Positions 17,574 through 27,880 are shown, numbered from the stretch's first letter. The stretch is DNA of 64,000 bases from Candidatus Krumholzibacteriia bacterium (GCA_046484865.1 JAWOID010000082.1:1-64000); one strand, 5' to 3'. The notes: generated by a model not told the origin, from the sequence alone. Translations and numbers: made by a program.

Positions 17574-20306
17574 TCAGCCTGGCTGGGCCGCCTCGCGGCG
17601 GCGGGCGTCCCGACGTCGCAGGAAGAATTTCTCGATCTCGACGTACAGGATGATCAGTGCACCCACCCCGACGACCATGATCCAGTGCTGCAGACCGATG
17701 GGCCTCGTGCTGAACAGCTGCTGCAGGAAGGGCAGGTTCAGCGCTGCGATCTGGGCGAGCAGGGCGGCTGCCACGCTGAAGACGAGGAAGCGGTTCGCCG
17801 ACAGGGGGATCCGGAAGGCCGAGCGGCGCAGGGAGCGGCTGTTGAAGACATGGAAGAACTGGAACATGACCATCTGGGTCATGGTCACGCTGCGCACGAG
17901 AACCATGTCCACGTCCTGCTGCAGCATCCACCAGAACACGCTCAAGGTGGCGACGGCGATGAAAACGGACACGCTGCCGAGGCGCCAGACCAGTTCGCGA
18001 TGGATCACGCCTTCGCCGGGATCGCGCGGGGGCTCGTCCAGGAGTCCCTCCTCTCCCTTCTCGAAGGCGAGCGCCACGTCCTGCACCCCGTTGGTCACGA
18101 GGTTGATCCAGAGCACCTGGACGGCGATGAACGGGAGCGGCCAGCCGGCCAGCAGCGTGAACAGGATCGTCATGACCTCGGCGACACCGGTGGACAGCAG
18201 GAAGTACGTGACGTTCCGGATGTTGGCGAAGACTAGGCGGCCTGCCTCCACGGCGCTGATGATGCTCGCGAAGTTGTCGTCGGCGAGCACCATGTCCGAG
18301 GCCTCGCGCGCCACGTCGGTCCCGGATCGTCCCATGGCGACACCGAGGTGAGCCGAACGCAGGGCCGGCGCGTCGTTGACGCCGTCGCCGGTCACCGCGA
18401 CGATGTGGTTCTGGGCCTTGAGGCGCTCGACCAGCCGCAGCTTGTGCTCGGGCGAGACCCGCGCGTAGACGTCGACCTCGCGCACCACCTCGTCGAGTTC
18501 GGCGTCGGACAGGCCCTGGATCTCGCGACCTTCCTTCACCTCGGAGTCGTCGCTCGCGAGCCCGAGCTGCCGTCCGATGGCGCTCGCGGTATCGGCGTGG
18601 TCGCCCGTGAGCATGATCACCCGGATGCCGGCGCGCTGCGTCGCCTGCACGGCCGCCGCCGCTTCCGGACGCAGCGGGTCCTCCATGCCCTGCAGTCCCG
18701 CGAGGACGAGATCCGATCCGGCGTCGCCGTCGTCGAAGCGCTCCCGGTCGACGTACCGGAACGCCATCCCCAGCACCCGGAGCCCCTCCTGGGCGAGGCG
18801 ATGAGCCGCCTCCCGGGCAGCATCCGCGTCCAGTTCCTGCTCGTCGCCGTCCGGTCCGAGCTGCCGGCTGCAACGCTCGATCACCGACTCGGGCGAACCC
18901 TTCATGAAGATGCACGGACCGTCCGGCAGCTTGTTGATGGTCGCCATGTACTGGAGATCGGATTCGAACGGGATGATGTCGGTCTGCGGGTGGTCCGACC
19001 GGGTCTGACGGAGGTCGTGGCCCGCCTTCGCGGCGGCCACCAGCAGCGCCAGCTCGGTCGGATCGCCGCCCGCGCTGCCGTCCGCGCCGGGGATCCGGTC
19101 GGCCTCGCTGGCGAGCAGCCCCGCCAGGAGCGTCATCGCGAGGGCTTCGTCCTGCTGATCGCCAGGCGCGGTGTCATGCCCGTCTTCGCCGAGCGCGATA
19201 TCGCCCTCCGTGCCGTAGCCGGCGCCGCTCACCTCGTACCGGCGGCCTCCCGTCCAGATCGCCCGGACCGTCATCTCGTTCTTGGTGAGAGTTCCCGTCT
19301 TGTCGGAGCCGACCACGGTCGTCGAGCCCAGCGTCTCGACGGCCGGCAACGAGCGGATGATGGCATTGCGGCTGGCCATGCGCCGCACTCCCACCGCCAG
19401 GGTCACCGTGAGCACCACGGGCAGCGCCTCCGGCACCGCACCCACGGCGACGGCGACGGCCGTCTCGACGACCTCCCGCAGCGGCATGCCTTTCAGGAGA
19501 CCGATGGTGATCACCGCCGCCGCGAGCACGCCGATGCCGGCCCCGATCCACTTGCCGAGGCGATCCATCTTCTCCTTGATGGGAGTCTTCACCTCGCCCA
19601 CGTCATGGGTCTGCTCGGCGATCGATCCCAGCTGGCTGAATCGGCCGGTCCGCACCACGACCCCGCGACCGCGCCCGCGCGTCACGCTGGTGCCCGCGAA
19701 CGCCATGCTCAGCTGGTCGCCGGGTACCGCCTGCTCGTCATCGGTCGGGGCAGATTGCTTCCGCACCGGCCCCGATTCTCCCGTCAGAGCCGACTCGTCG
19801 ATCTGCAGATCGTCCGCGCGCACGAGCCGGACATCGGCCGGGACGCGGCCCCCGGAGGTCAGCACCACGACGTCGCCGGGGACCGTCTCCACGGTGGGCA
19901 CCGTCACCTGCTCGCCATCGCGAACCAGATTGGCCTCCGGAGCGCTCATCTTCGAGAGCGCTTCGATGGCCTGGCGGGCCCGCGATTCCTGGAAGAAACC
20001 GATGATGGCGTTGACGAGCACCACCGTCAGGATGATGGCGGCGTCCACATAGTCCTGAAAGGCGAGCACCACCAGTCCTGCCACGATCAGGACGTAGATG
20101 AGCGGGTCCGTGAACTGGTGCAGCAGGATCTTCCACCAGGGGGTCTTCTCGCCGGACCGGATCGTGTTCGGACCGAACCGATCGAGGCGTCGTCGCGCCT
20201 CGTCGGACGAGAGTCCCGATTCGAGGTCGGATTCCAGCGCCGCCACGGCGTCGCTGGCGTCTCGCGTGTGCCAGGGGGTCTCGTCCAGGGTACGCTCGTC
20301 CATCAA
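17574..20306 (-). CDS. Cation-translocating P-type ATPase (P2A-like)
   Basis: TGES, VPEALP, DKTGTLT, KGSPE, MLTGDH, GDGVNDAP and about 10 TM helices. Confidence 0.95.
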   Translation of the reverse strand: MMDERTLDETPWHTRDASDAVAALESDLESGLSSDEARRRLDRFGPNTIRSGEKTPWWKILLHQFTDPLIYVLIVAGLVVLAFQDYVDAAIILTVVLVNAIIGFFQESRARQAIEALSKMSAPEANLVRDGEQVTVPTVETVPGDVVVLTSGGRVPADVRLVRADDLQIDESALTGESGPVRKQSAPTDDEQAVPGDQLSMAFAGTSVTRGRGRGVVVRTGRFSQLGSIAEQTHDVGEVKTPIKEKMDRLGKWIGAGIGVLAAAVITIGLLKGMPLREVVETAVAVAVGAVPEALPVVLTVTLAVGVRRMASRNAIIRSLPAVETLGSTTVVGSDKTGTLTKNEMTVRAIWTGGRRYEVSGAGYGTEGDIALGEDGHDTAPGDQQDEALAMTLLAGLLASEADRIPGADGSAGGDPTELALLVAAAKAGHDLRQTRSDHPQTDIIPFESDLQYMATINKLPDGPCIFMKGSPESVIERCSRQLGPDGDEQELDADAAREAAHRLAQEGLRVLGMAFRYVDRERFDDGDAGSDLVLAGLQGMEDPLRPEAAAAVQATQRAGIRVIMLTGDHADTASAIGRQLGLASDDSEVKEGREIQGLSDAELDEVVREVDVYARVSPEHKLRLVERLKAQNHIVAVTGDGVNDAPALRSAHLGVAMGRSGTDVAREASDMVLADDNFASIISAVEAGRLVFANIRNVTYFLLSTGVAEVMTILFTLLAGWPLPFIAVQVLWINLVTNGVQDVALAFEKGEEGLLDEPPRDPGEGVIHRELVWRLGSVSVFIAVATLSVFWWMLQQDVDMVLVRSVTMTQMVMFQFFHVFNSRSLRRSAFRIPLSANRFLVFSVAAALLAQIAALNLPFLQQLFSTRPIGLQHWIMVVGVGALIILYVEIEKFFLRRRDARRREAAQPG

Positions 20307-20547
20307 CGCTCCTGCCGATCAGCTGAAGTTCCGCCTTCGCTCGCCTGAAGCGGTTGTTCCCCGCGGCTGCACTGGACAAGCTAGCGAGGCGATCGGCATC
20401 GCTCTACGGTCCAGTGGCGATAAGGTCGCTAATGGGGAGATTCCCCACCCGCCCTGGCGGGGACCGTCGGAGCAGTTCCGGCAGCGGCACTGCTTTCGCT
20501 GTTCCCACCGGGCGGCGCGGTTTACAATGTGCAGCGGGAGGTCGACC

Positions 20548-20898
20548 ATGCTGCGCTTGATCATCCACTGGCTCGTGTTGACGGTGGCCCTGGCTGCGGC
20601 GGCCTGGCTGCTGCCCGGCGTGAACTTCACCTCGGGCGGCGCTCTGCTCGTGAGCGGACTCGTCCTGGGTTTCCTCAACGCCGTGCTCAAGCCCGTGCTC
20701 GTGCTCTTGACGCTGCCGCTGACGATCGTCACGCTCGGGCTCTTCTACTTCATCCTCAACGCCATCCTCTTCGCCCTCGCGGCCACGCTGGTGCCGGGGT
20801 TCCAGGTGGCAGGCTTCGGCGCCGCGTTCCTGGGCGCCATCATCACCAGTCTGACGTCGTTGATCATCTCCGCGCTGGTTGGGCCGCGCGCACGCTGA
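20548..20898 (+). CDS. YvlD/DUF360 (phage holin family 4) membrane protein
   Basis: 116 aa, 4 TM, NAVLKPVLVLLTLPLTIVTLGLF, VPGF; GGAGG RBS. Confidence 0.85.
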   Translation: MLRLIIHWLVLTVALAAAAWLLPGVNFTSGGALLVSGLVLGFLNAVLKPVLVLLTLPLTIVTLGLFYFILNAILFALAATLVPGFQVAGFGAAFLGAIITSLTSLIISALVGPRAR

Positions 20899-20918
20899 TC
20901 GGGGCGGAGGTGGCCTGA

Positions 20919-23591
20919 ATGTCGCTGGCATCGTTGCCCGCGATCATCGTCGGCACCATTGCGGCTTTCGTCGGGGCCGTGCACCTGTTCGTCTACTTCC
21001 GGGGCGCGGGTCCGCGCCGGCATCTGACTTTCGGGGTCACCTGCCTGTCGATGGCGCTCTACGACGCGTTCTCGGCGGCGCTCTACAGCGCGGACAGCGC
21101 CGCGGCGGGGGTCGTGTGGCAGCGCTGGCAGGTGCTCACGATGCTGGCGGGCGGAGTGCCGCTGACCTGGTTCGTCCATGATGTCACCACCCGTGGACCG
21201 CGCTGGGTGCCGCGGGCGCTCACGGCGGCGTACCTGTCGGCGCTGGCCGCGTGGTTCCTGGCGCCCGAAAGGGCCTTCTTCCTGGACCGACCCGCCGTCA
21301 AGGCGGTGGTGCTTCCCGGCGGAGGGCGGGTCGTCTACCACGAGATGGCCACCGGCCCGCTCTTCCTGATCGTGGGCGTGCTGGGACTGTTGACGTTCGT
21401 CTACGCGGTTCGCCGCAGCCTGCGGACGTTCCCGAGCGACCGGCGCTGGGCCGCCTGGCTGCTTGCATCCATCGCGATCTTCTTCGCGGGCGCGGCCAAT
21501 GACCTGGCCATCTCCCTGGGCCTGCACGACTCGATCTACGTGATGGAGATCGCCTTCCTCGCGCCGCTACTCATGATGTCGTACAGCCTGACGGAGCGGG
21601 GTCTCGCCGCGGCTCGCCGCGAGGAGGCGCTCCAGTTCGCCAACCAGACCTATCGCGAGGTGCTCGACGCGGTCAACGACGCGGTCTACATCCACGATGC
21701 CGACACCGGCCGCATCGTCGACGTGAACGCGGCGGCCGAGCGCATCTACGGCTTCTCCCGCGACGAGATCTGCCGGCAAGGGCCCGAACTACGCAGCGCC
21801 GCGCCGCCGGCCGAGGCGCGCCGTCTCGCCGCGGAGTACGTCCGCCGCACGGTCGACGACGGACCCCAGCTGTTCGTCTGGCACGCGCGGCGCAAGGACG
21901 GTTCCACCTTCTGGGTGGAGGTCTCGCTACGAGCCACCGCCATCCGCGAGCAGCGGCGGGTGATCGCGGTGGTGCGGGACATCACCGGACGCAAGGAGGC
22001 TGAGGAGGCCCTCCTGAGCAGCCGGCGCGAGCTGATCGAGTCGAACCACATGCTGCAGCTGGTGCTGGACACGATCCCGGTGCGGGTCTTCTGGAAGGAT
22101 CGCGATCTGCGGTACCTCGGCTGCAACCGCCTCTTCGCTCTCGACGCCGGACTGTTGACGCCGGAGGAGATCGTCGGGAGCGACGACCTCGAGCTGGGCT
22201 GGCGGGAGGACGCGGAGGGTTACCGGAGCGACGACCGGATCGTCCTCGAGAGCGAGCAGCCGCGCGTCGGCTACGAGGAGACCCAGACCACCCCCAGCGG
22301 GGGCCGGATCTGGCTGCGTACGAGCAAGCTGCCCCTGCGCGATGCCGATGGGGTGGTCATCGGCGTCCTGGGCGTGTACGAGGACATCACCGACCGCCGG
22401 CGCCAGCAGGAGGCGCTGCGTCGCAGCGAGGAGAATCTGACCATCACCCTGAACTCCATCGGCGACGGGGTGATCGCCACCGATGCCGACGGGCGCGTCA
22501 CGCGCATGAACCCGGTGGCGGAGCAGCTCACCGGCTGGACGCTGGCCCAGGCTCGCGGCCGTCCGCTGGGGGAGGTCTTCCTGGTGGCGCGCGCCGACAG
22601 CGGCGAGGCGGTGCCCGATCCCGCGTCACGGGTGATGGCGGCCGACGCCCCGGAGGAGCTGGGCCGCGAGCTGATCCTCACCGCCCGCGGGGGGCGCGAG
22701 CGGTTCATCGCCGACAGCGGCGCGCCCATCCGGGATCGGCAGGGCGCCATTGCGGGGGTGGTGCTGGTGTTCCGGGACATCACGGAGGAGAAGCAGCTCC
22801 AGGAGCAGCTCAGGCAGGCGCAGAAGATGGAGGCCATCGGCAGGCTGGCCGGCGGCGTCGCCCACGACTTCAACAACCTGCTGCAGGCGATCGAGGGGTA
22901 CCGGTCGCTGGCGGCGCTCTCGCTCGGCGACCCCGAACACGTGCGCGAATGCCTCGATGACATCGGCCACGCGGCCCAGCGCGGCGCCGATCTCACGCGC
23001 CGGCTGCTGACCTTCGGCCGGCGGCAATCCTCGGAGTTGCGCCTGCTGCACCTGGGCCGGCTGGTGGAGGACGCTGCCCGCATGCTGGGGCCGCTGCTGG
23101 GCCGCGACGTGAGCCTGGAACTGCGGCACGAGGCTCCCACGGCGCCGGTGCTGGCGGACCCGCTCCAGCTGGAACAGGTCCTGCTCAACCTGGTGGTGAA
23201 CGCCCGGGACGCCATGCCGGGCGGCGGCATCATCACCGTGACCACGCGGCCCGCCTCCGCCCGCGAGGTCGGCCTGCCGCCCAAGCTGCGCACCCGGCCG
23301 GGAGAGCACGTGGCCCTCGAGGTCGCCGACACCGGCACCGGTATCGCAGCTGAGATCCAGGAGCGCGTCTTCGAACCGTTCTTCACGACCAAGGAGGTGG
23401 GTGCGGGCACGGGGCTCGGGCTGGCCACGGTGTACGGGATCGTGGAGCGACTGGGCGGCGGCGTGGCCGTCCGCAGCAGCCCGGGGTGCGGCGCCACGTT
23501 CACGGTCTATCTGCCCGGGGCGGCGCGCGGCAACGACGTCGCCTCGCCGCCGGCCGGTCGCGGCGTCAGTCCTCAGCGTCGGGATCGTTGA
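20919..23591 (+). CDS. Membrane sensor histidine kinase: 7TM N-terminus, 3 PAS domains, HisKA, HATPase
   Basis: QKMEAIGRLAGGVAHDFNNLL (H box), NLVVNARDAM, DTGTG, FEPFFTTK and GTGLGL; no receiver domain. Confidence 0.92.
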   Translation: MSLASLPAIIVGTIAAFVGAVHLFVYFRGAGPRRHLTFGVTCLSMALYDAFSAALYSADSAAAGVVWQRWQVLTMLAGGVPLTWFVHDVTTRGPRWVPRALTAAYLSALAAWFLAPERAFFLDRPAVKAVVLPGGGRVVYHEMATGPLFLIVGVLGLLTFVYAVRRSLRTFPSDRRWAAWLLASIAIFFAGAANDLAISLGLHDSIYVMEIAFLAPLLMMSYSLTERGLAAARREEALQFANQTYREVLDAVNDAVYIHDADTGRIVDVNAAAERIYGFSRDEICRQGPELRSAAPPAEARRLAAEYVRRTVDDGPQLFVWHARRKDGSTFWVEVSLRATAIREQRRVIAVVRDITGRKEAEEALLSSRRELIESNHMLQLVLDTIPVRVFWKDRDLRYLGCNRLFALDAGLLTPEEIVGSDDLELGWREDAEGYRSDDRIVLESEQPRVGYEETQTTPSGGRIWLRTSKLPLRDADGVVIGVLGVYEDITDRRRQQEALRRSEENLTITLNSIGDGVIATDADGRVTRMNPVAEQLTGWTLAQARGRPLGEVFLVARADSGEAVPDPASRVMAADAPEELGRELILTARGGRERFIADSGAPIRDRQGAIAGVVLVFRDITEEKQLQEQLRQAQKMEAIGRLAGGVAHDFNNLLQAIEGYRSLAALSLGDPEHVRECLDDIGHAAQRGADLTRRLLTFGRRQSSELRLLHLGRLVEDAARMLGPLLGRDVSLELRHEAPTAPVLADPLQLEQVLLNLVVNARDAMPGGGIITVTTRPASAREVGLPPKLRTRPGEHVALEVADTGTGIAAEIQERVFEPFFTTKEVGAGTGLGLATVYGIVERLGGGVAVRSSPGCGATFTVYLPGAARGNDVASPPAGRGVSPQRRDR

Positions 23592-25500
23592 TGCAGACCT
23601 TGTTGCGGCCCGCCTGCTTGGCCGCGTAGAGGGCCTCGTCCGCCAGCTTCAGCAGCTCGGTGACGGACGCCACGGCCGGAGTGCGCCACGACACGCCGAC
23701 GCTCACCGTGACGCCGCCGCGGAATTCGGGCGAGTCGATCTGGTTGTCGGCCACGGCGCGCCTGATGCGGTCGCCCAGCTGGACCGCGGTCGCCATCTCG
23801 GCACGCGGGCAGATCACGATGAATTCCTCGCCGCCGAAGCGGGCCACCGTGTCGCCCGAGCGCATCGTGCGGCCCATGGCCTGGGCCGTGGCGCGCAGCA
23901 CGACGTCGCCGGCATGATGGCCATAGGTGTCGTTGACCTTCTTGAAGCGGTCGATATCCACCATCATGCACACCAGAGAGTCGCCGTGGCGGTCGCCGTT
24001 GTCCCAGGCCAGCTCGAGCTGTTCCATGGCGGCCCGCCGGTTGGGCAGCTCGGTGAGCTGGTCCTGCCGGGCCGCCTGGTCGAGCTTCCGGTTGACCACG
24101 GCCAGCCGCGCCGCGTTGCGCCGGATCTCCTCGCGATCCCGCTCCACCCGCTCCTGCAGGCCGATGAGCCGCTGGGCCGCACGCAACCGCGCGAGCAGGA
24201 TGCGGTGATTCACCGGCTTCACCACGTAGTCGTCGGCGCCGGCCTCGAACGCCTCCACCAGCCGCTCGCTCTCTTCCTGCGCGGTCATGACGATGATGTA
24301 GGTGCGGGACGTCGCTTCCGAGCAGCGCAGGGACGCGCACAGCTCGAGACCGTCCATCCGGGGCATCATCCAGTCGGTGATGATGACCTGCGGGCTGGTG
24401 CGCAGAGACGCCCGCAGGCCCTCCTCGCCGTCGGACGCCGTGGTCACGCTGTGCCCCTGCTCGTGCAGCTTCTTCTCGAGGATGCGGCGATCCACGGCGC
24501 TGTCGTCCACCACGAGGATGCGCAGGCGGTCGGCGCAGGGATCGGCCTCCACCTGGGCCTCGCCGGTGATCTCGCCCAGGTTCTGCCGGGCGCGGGCGAC
24601 CAGCTCCTGGATGGGGGGAACGTCCTCGATGATCAGGTCGAGCGCCTCGCCGAGCTGCTGCCACTCTTCGAGCGCGGCGGCGCAGCCTTCGCTCACGGTC
24701 TGCTCGCCGAGTCCCAGCGCCGAGCCACGCACCAGCAACTCGCGCACGTAGGGATCGCGAGCAGGGGGCGCCGCCGCGCAGATCCGGGCCAGCTGGCCGG
24801 CCAGGAGGAGGAGTCGCGGGAGTGTCTGCTGCTCGGCGGGCAGCTGCTGCACGCGAGCCGGATCCTCCTGGTAACGGACGGCATCCTGGAAGCTCTCGGG
24901 CAGGCCCCAGTCGCGGAAGAGCGCCGCGGCGATGGCGTTGTGGTCGACCGAGAATATCTCGCGCTCGAGCGCGAGCAGCCGTTCCGTCGGACCATCGCTC
25001 CACTGGCGCAGCACCAGCGTGTAGTCGTCGGGGTGGACGCTGGCCAGGCACAGTCGACCGATCTGGCCCAGCAGCCCGCACGTGAACGCCTCGTCGGGCA
25101 CCACGCCCGGCAGATAGCGGCAGAGAACCCGCGCACCCACGCCGCTGGCCAGCGAGCCGGTCCAGAAGCTCACGTAGTCGAAGGCCTCGCAGGGCCCGCC
25201 GCGGGCGCTCGCCAGCAGCGAGAAGCCGAGCGCCAGCTGGCGGACCGTGATCGTGCCCAGCCGCACCACCGCATCGGCGACGGTCGTCACCTCCTGGTTG
25301 GGCCGGATCTGCGCCGAGTTGGCGTACTTCAGGATCTGTCCGGCCAGCGCCGGATCACGCACCAGCACGCGCCCGAGCTTGTCGCAGGAGGCGTTCTCGT
25401 CCTGGGTCAGGCGCAGGATCTCGAGCGCCACGCCGCTGGGGGAGGGGAGCTTGTCCGAGGAGCGGATCTCGTCCAGGCTGTTCTCGTCGACGAGCGGCAC
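23566..25500 (-). CDS. HDOD-REC-GGDEF diguanylate cyclase
   Basis: LPSPSGVALEI...DPALAGQILKYANS (HDOD); VVDD...TDWMMP (REC); RSGD I-site plus GGEEF. GTG start at 25500 with GGAGG RBS. Confidence 0.9.
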   Translation of the reverse strand: MPLVDENSLDEIRSSDKLPSPSGVALEILRLTQDENASCDKLGRVLVRDPALAGQILKYANSAQIRPNQEVTTVADAVVRLGTITVRQLALGFSLLASARGGPCEAFDYVSFWTGSLASGVGARVLCRYLPGVVPDEAFTCGLLGQIGRLCLASVHPDDYTLVLRQWSDGPTERLLALEREIFSVDHNAIAAALFRDWGLPESFQDAVRYQEDPARVQQLPAEQQTLPRLLLLAGQLARICAAAPPARDPYVRELLVRGSALGLGEQTVSEGCAAALEEWQQLGEALDLIIEDVPPIQELVARARQNLGEITGEAQVEADPCADRLRILVVDDSAVDRRILEKKLHEQGHSVTTASDGEEGLRASLRTSPQVIITDWMMPRMDGLELCASLRCSEATSRTYIIVMTAQEESERLVEAFEAGADDYVVKPVNHRILLARLRAAQRLIGLQERVERDREEIRRNAARLAVVNRKLDQAARQDQLTELPNRRAAMEQLELAWDNGDRHGDSLVCMMVDIDRFKKVNDTYGHHAGDVVLRATAQAMGRTMRSGDTVARFGGEEFIVICPRAEMATAVQLGDRIRRAVADNQIDSPEFRGGVTVSVGVSWRTPAVASVTELLKLADEALYAAKQAGRNKVCINDPDAED

Positions 25501-25716
25501 GGCTTGCCTCCGGATGGGCTCCTGCCACGACGTCCGTGTCCAGCACGGCGGGGGGCGCGGCAGCAGCCGACAGCGGGTATGTCGGGGCTGGCCCGGCCGA
25601 GCGGGCTCGGTCTGCTGCCGTCGTATCGACAGTCGCGGGAGCGACTTGAGCATCGGCGCGCCGGTCGTGGGTGGGGAATCGCGCCCGCTGCGGGTCCCAT
25701 GCGGGGACAGCTCCCG

Positions 25717-27012
25717 TCAGACCGCGAGCCCCGCGAGGATCTCCGCCAGACGTTCCATGTGCTGGTCGCGTCGCGCGTGGGTTTCGGCCCAGAGCCGCGC
25801 GGCCGTCGCTGCCTCGGACGGCAGCGCGCGCGCGCGCCGGAGCGCCTGCAGGAGAGCCGCCGGATCACGGGCCGGCGCCAGCACGCCGGTGCGGCCGTCC
25901 TGCACCAGCTCGGGAATGCCGCCGAGGCTGGTGCCGACCACCGGCCGTCCCGCCGCCAGCGACTCCAGCACGGCCATCGGAGCGTTCTCGTACCACTCCG
26001 AGGGGATCACCGTGAACCGGCAGCGCCACAGGCGGCGCCGCAGCTCCTCGCGCTCGAGGGAACCCAGGAACTCGACGCGGCGCAGGCGCAGTTCTCCGGA
26101 CCGGCGCCGCAGCTCGTCCTCCTGAGGGCCGCTGCCGGCGATCCACAGGTGCGGCGGTCCGTCCGGGTGCGGCGGCTCGCCTTCGACCGTGCCGGGTCCG
26201 GCCGCCTCCCAGCGCGCGTGGGCCTCGAGCAGCGTCGTCAGACCCTTCTCCCGCGAGAGACGTCCGAAGTACAGGTAGGCGTCCTCGACCGGGGCCGCGT
26301 CCGGGGGCGGCCGCCACCATCCGGTGTCGACGAAGTTGGGCAGATGCCGCAGGCGGTCGGGCGCGAAACCCCACGCGACGTGCTTCTCGAGCAGAAAGCG
26401 GCTGGGGCAGAGGAAGACCGCCACGTGCCGTTCGTACAGACGCCGCCAGCGCTGGTGCGCCGTCTCGACCGCGGCCAGCAAGGATGCGGCGCGCGACTCC
26501 TTGACGCACGCGCCGAGCACCGCCTGGTGGAAGCGTCCGCCGCGGCAACGCTCGCAGAGCTGCCCCCGCCGCAGCATGTGGATGGCCGGGCAGAGCAGGC
26601 GCAGATCGTGCAGGGTCATGGCTGCTGGGATGCGATGCCGCGCGAGGACCGGCAGGATCGACGGGCTGAGGTGATGGTAGACATTGTGCAGGTGAGCCAC
26701 GTCCGGCCGCGCTGCGCGAATCAGGCCGTCGAGTCGGCGCGCCGCCTCGCGGTTCCAGACGAGCGAGGCCGCATCGCCGAGCGCAGCCCTGCTCCAGCGG
26801 GCGCGGCTGTAGTCACGGGCGCGGACGAAGTGCTCGCGCCAGGGGCCCGGACGCGCATCCGCGTCGGCCATGGCGAACGGCACCACGTTCCAGCCGGCCC
26901 GCTGGAGATCCTCCTCCTCCTGCAGCAGGTAGCGACCCACGCCCCCGGCCGGACCACGATCGTGGTAGTACTTGTTGACGAGCAGCAGGGTGGGGGAAGC
27001 CAACGACGTCAC
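25717..27012 (-). CDS. Glycosyltransferase family 4
   Basis: HLHNVYHHLSPS, YFGRLSREKG and PSEWYENAPMAVLES (Ex7E). Confidence 0.9.
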   Translation of the reverse strand: MTSLASPTLLLVNKYYHDRGPAGGVGRYLLQEEEDLQRAGWNVVPFAMADADARPGPWREHFVRARDYSRARWSRAALGDAASLVWNREAARRLDGLIRAARPDVAHLHNVYHHLSPSILPVLARHRIPAAMTLHDLRLLCPAIHMLRRGQLCERCRGGRFHQAVLGACVKESRAASLLAAVETAHQRWRRLYERHVAVFLCPSRFLLEKHVAWGFAPDRLRHLPNFVDTGWWRPPPDAAPVEDAYLYFGRLSREKGLTTLLEAHARWEAAGPGTVEGEPPHPDGPPHLWIAGSGPQEDELRRRSGELRLRRVEFLGSLEREELRRRLWRCRFTVIPSEWYENAPMAVLESLAAGRPVVGTSLGGIPELVQDGRTGVLAPARDPAALLQALRRARALPSEAATAARLWAETHARRDQHMERLAEILAGLAV

Positions 27013-27022
27013 CTCGCGGGGC

Positions 27023-27793
27023 TCAGACCGGGGTCAGCAGCAGGGGTACCGTATCGGCGGCGCTGCCCGGCACGAACAGATCCACCAGCGGGGTGATGGC
27101 GCTGTACGCGGTGTTGAACTCGAGGATCTGTGCGCCTGCGTTCCGCGCCGTCTGGACGAGGCCGGCAGCCGGGTGGACGGCGCCGGCGGTGCCCACCACC
27201 ACGAAGAGGTCACAGCCGCCCGCGGCGTTCGCCGCGTCCCGCATCACGCCGGGGTCGATGGCTTCTCCGAACCAGACGACGGCCGGCCGCTGCAAATCGT
27301 TGCAGACCGCGCAGCGCGGCGGGATGGGTACCGGTACGCGCCGATCCTCCACCTCGCGGCCGCAGCCGGTACAGCGCACGCGCCAGATGGAGCCATGGAA
27401 CTCGAGTACGTCCTGGCTGCCGGCCTGCTGGTGGAAACCGTCGACGTTCTGGGTGATGATCGTCACCGGACAGCGGGCGGCGAGCTGCGCCAGGGCGTGG
27501 TGAGCGGCGTTGGGACGGGCGCCGGCGATCAGGCCCCGGCGCCAGTCGTACCAGCGCCACACCAGCTCGGGGTCGCGGCGGAACGCCGCGGGCGTGGCGA
27601 GGTCCTCGGGGCGGTAACGGCTCCAGAGGCCGTCCTGGGCTCCCCGGAAGGTGGGAATGCCGCTGGCCGCCGAGATGCCCGCCCCGCTGAGCACGGCCAC
27701 CCGGGTGTCGGGACCGATGCCGGCGCGGATCTCCGCGAGGACGGATGCCGTCTCCGGCGGCAGTTCCACCGGATCGCGGGGCTCGTCGCTCAT
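27023..27793 (-). CDS. cobB: NAD-dependent protein deacylase (class III sirtuin)
   Basis: GAGISAASGIPTFRG, WYDWRR (Tyr/Arg), TQNVDGFH, HGS, CxxC...CxxC, VVWFGE and VVGT. Confidence 0.93.
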   Translation of the reverse strand: MSDEPRDPVELPPETASVLAEIRAGIGPDTRVAVLSGAGISAASGIPTFRGAQDGLWSRYRPEDLATPAAFRRDPELVWRWYDWRRGLIAGARPNAAHHALAQLAARCPVTIITQNVDGFHQQAGSQDVLEFHGSIWRVRCTGCGREVEDRRVPVPIPPRCAVCNDLQRPAVVWFGEAIDPGVMRDAANAAGGCDLFVVVGTAGAVHPAAGLVQTARNAGAQILEFNTAYSAITPLVDLFVPGSAADTVPLLLTPV

Positions 27794-27880
27794 GGTCACC
27801 TCCGGGTGCGGGATTGCGGGAGCCGGCGGGCCGGGTGATCATCGGGGTCAGCCGCCGTCGCTGTCAACCGGGAGGCCAGC

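Noticed and set aside
20548..20898. Prophage suggested by a 'phage holin' family gene
   Set aside because: YvlD/DUF360 proteins are common chromosomal genes; no endolysin, structural or integrase genes are nearby.
23401..27096. 1231-aa plus-strand ORF, and similar long ORFs such as 14115..17552(-), 47471..48724(+), 56673..59117(-) and 6210..8300(+)
   Set aside because: Shadow ORFs typical of high-GC DNA. They overlap well-supported genes in another frame or strand and translate to Arg/Pro/Gly-rich sequence without motifs.
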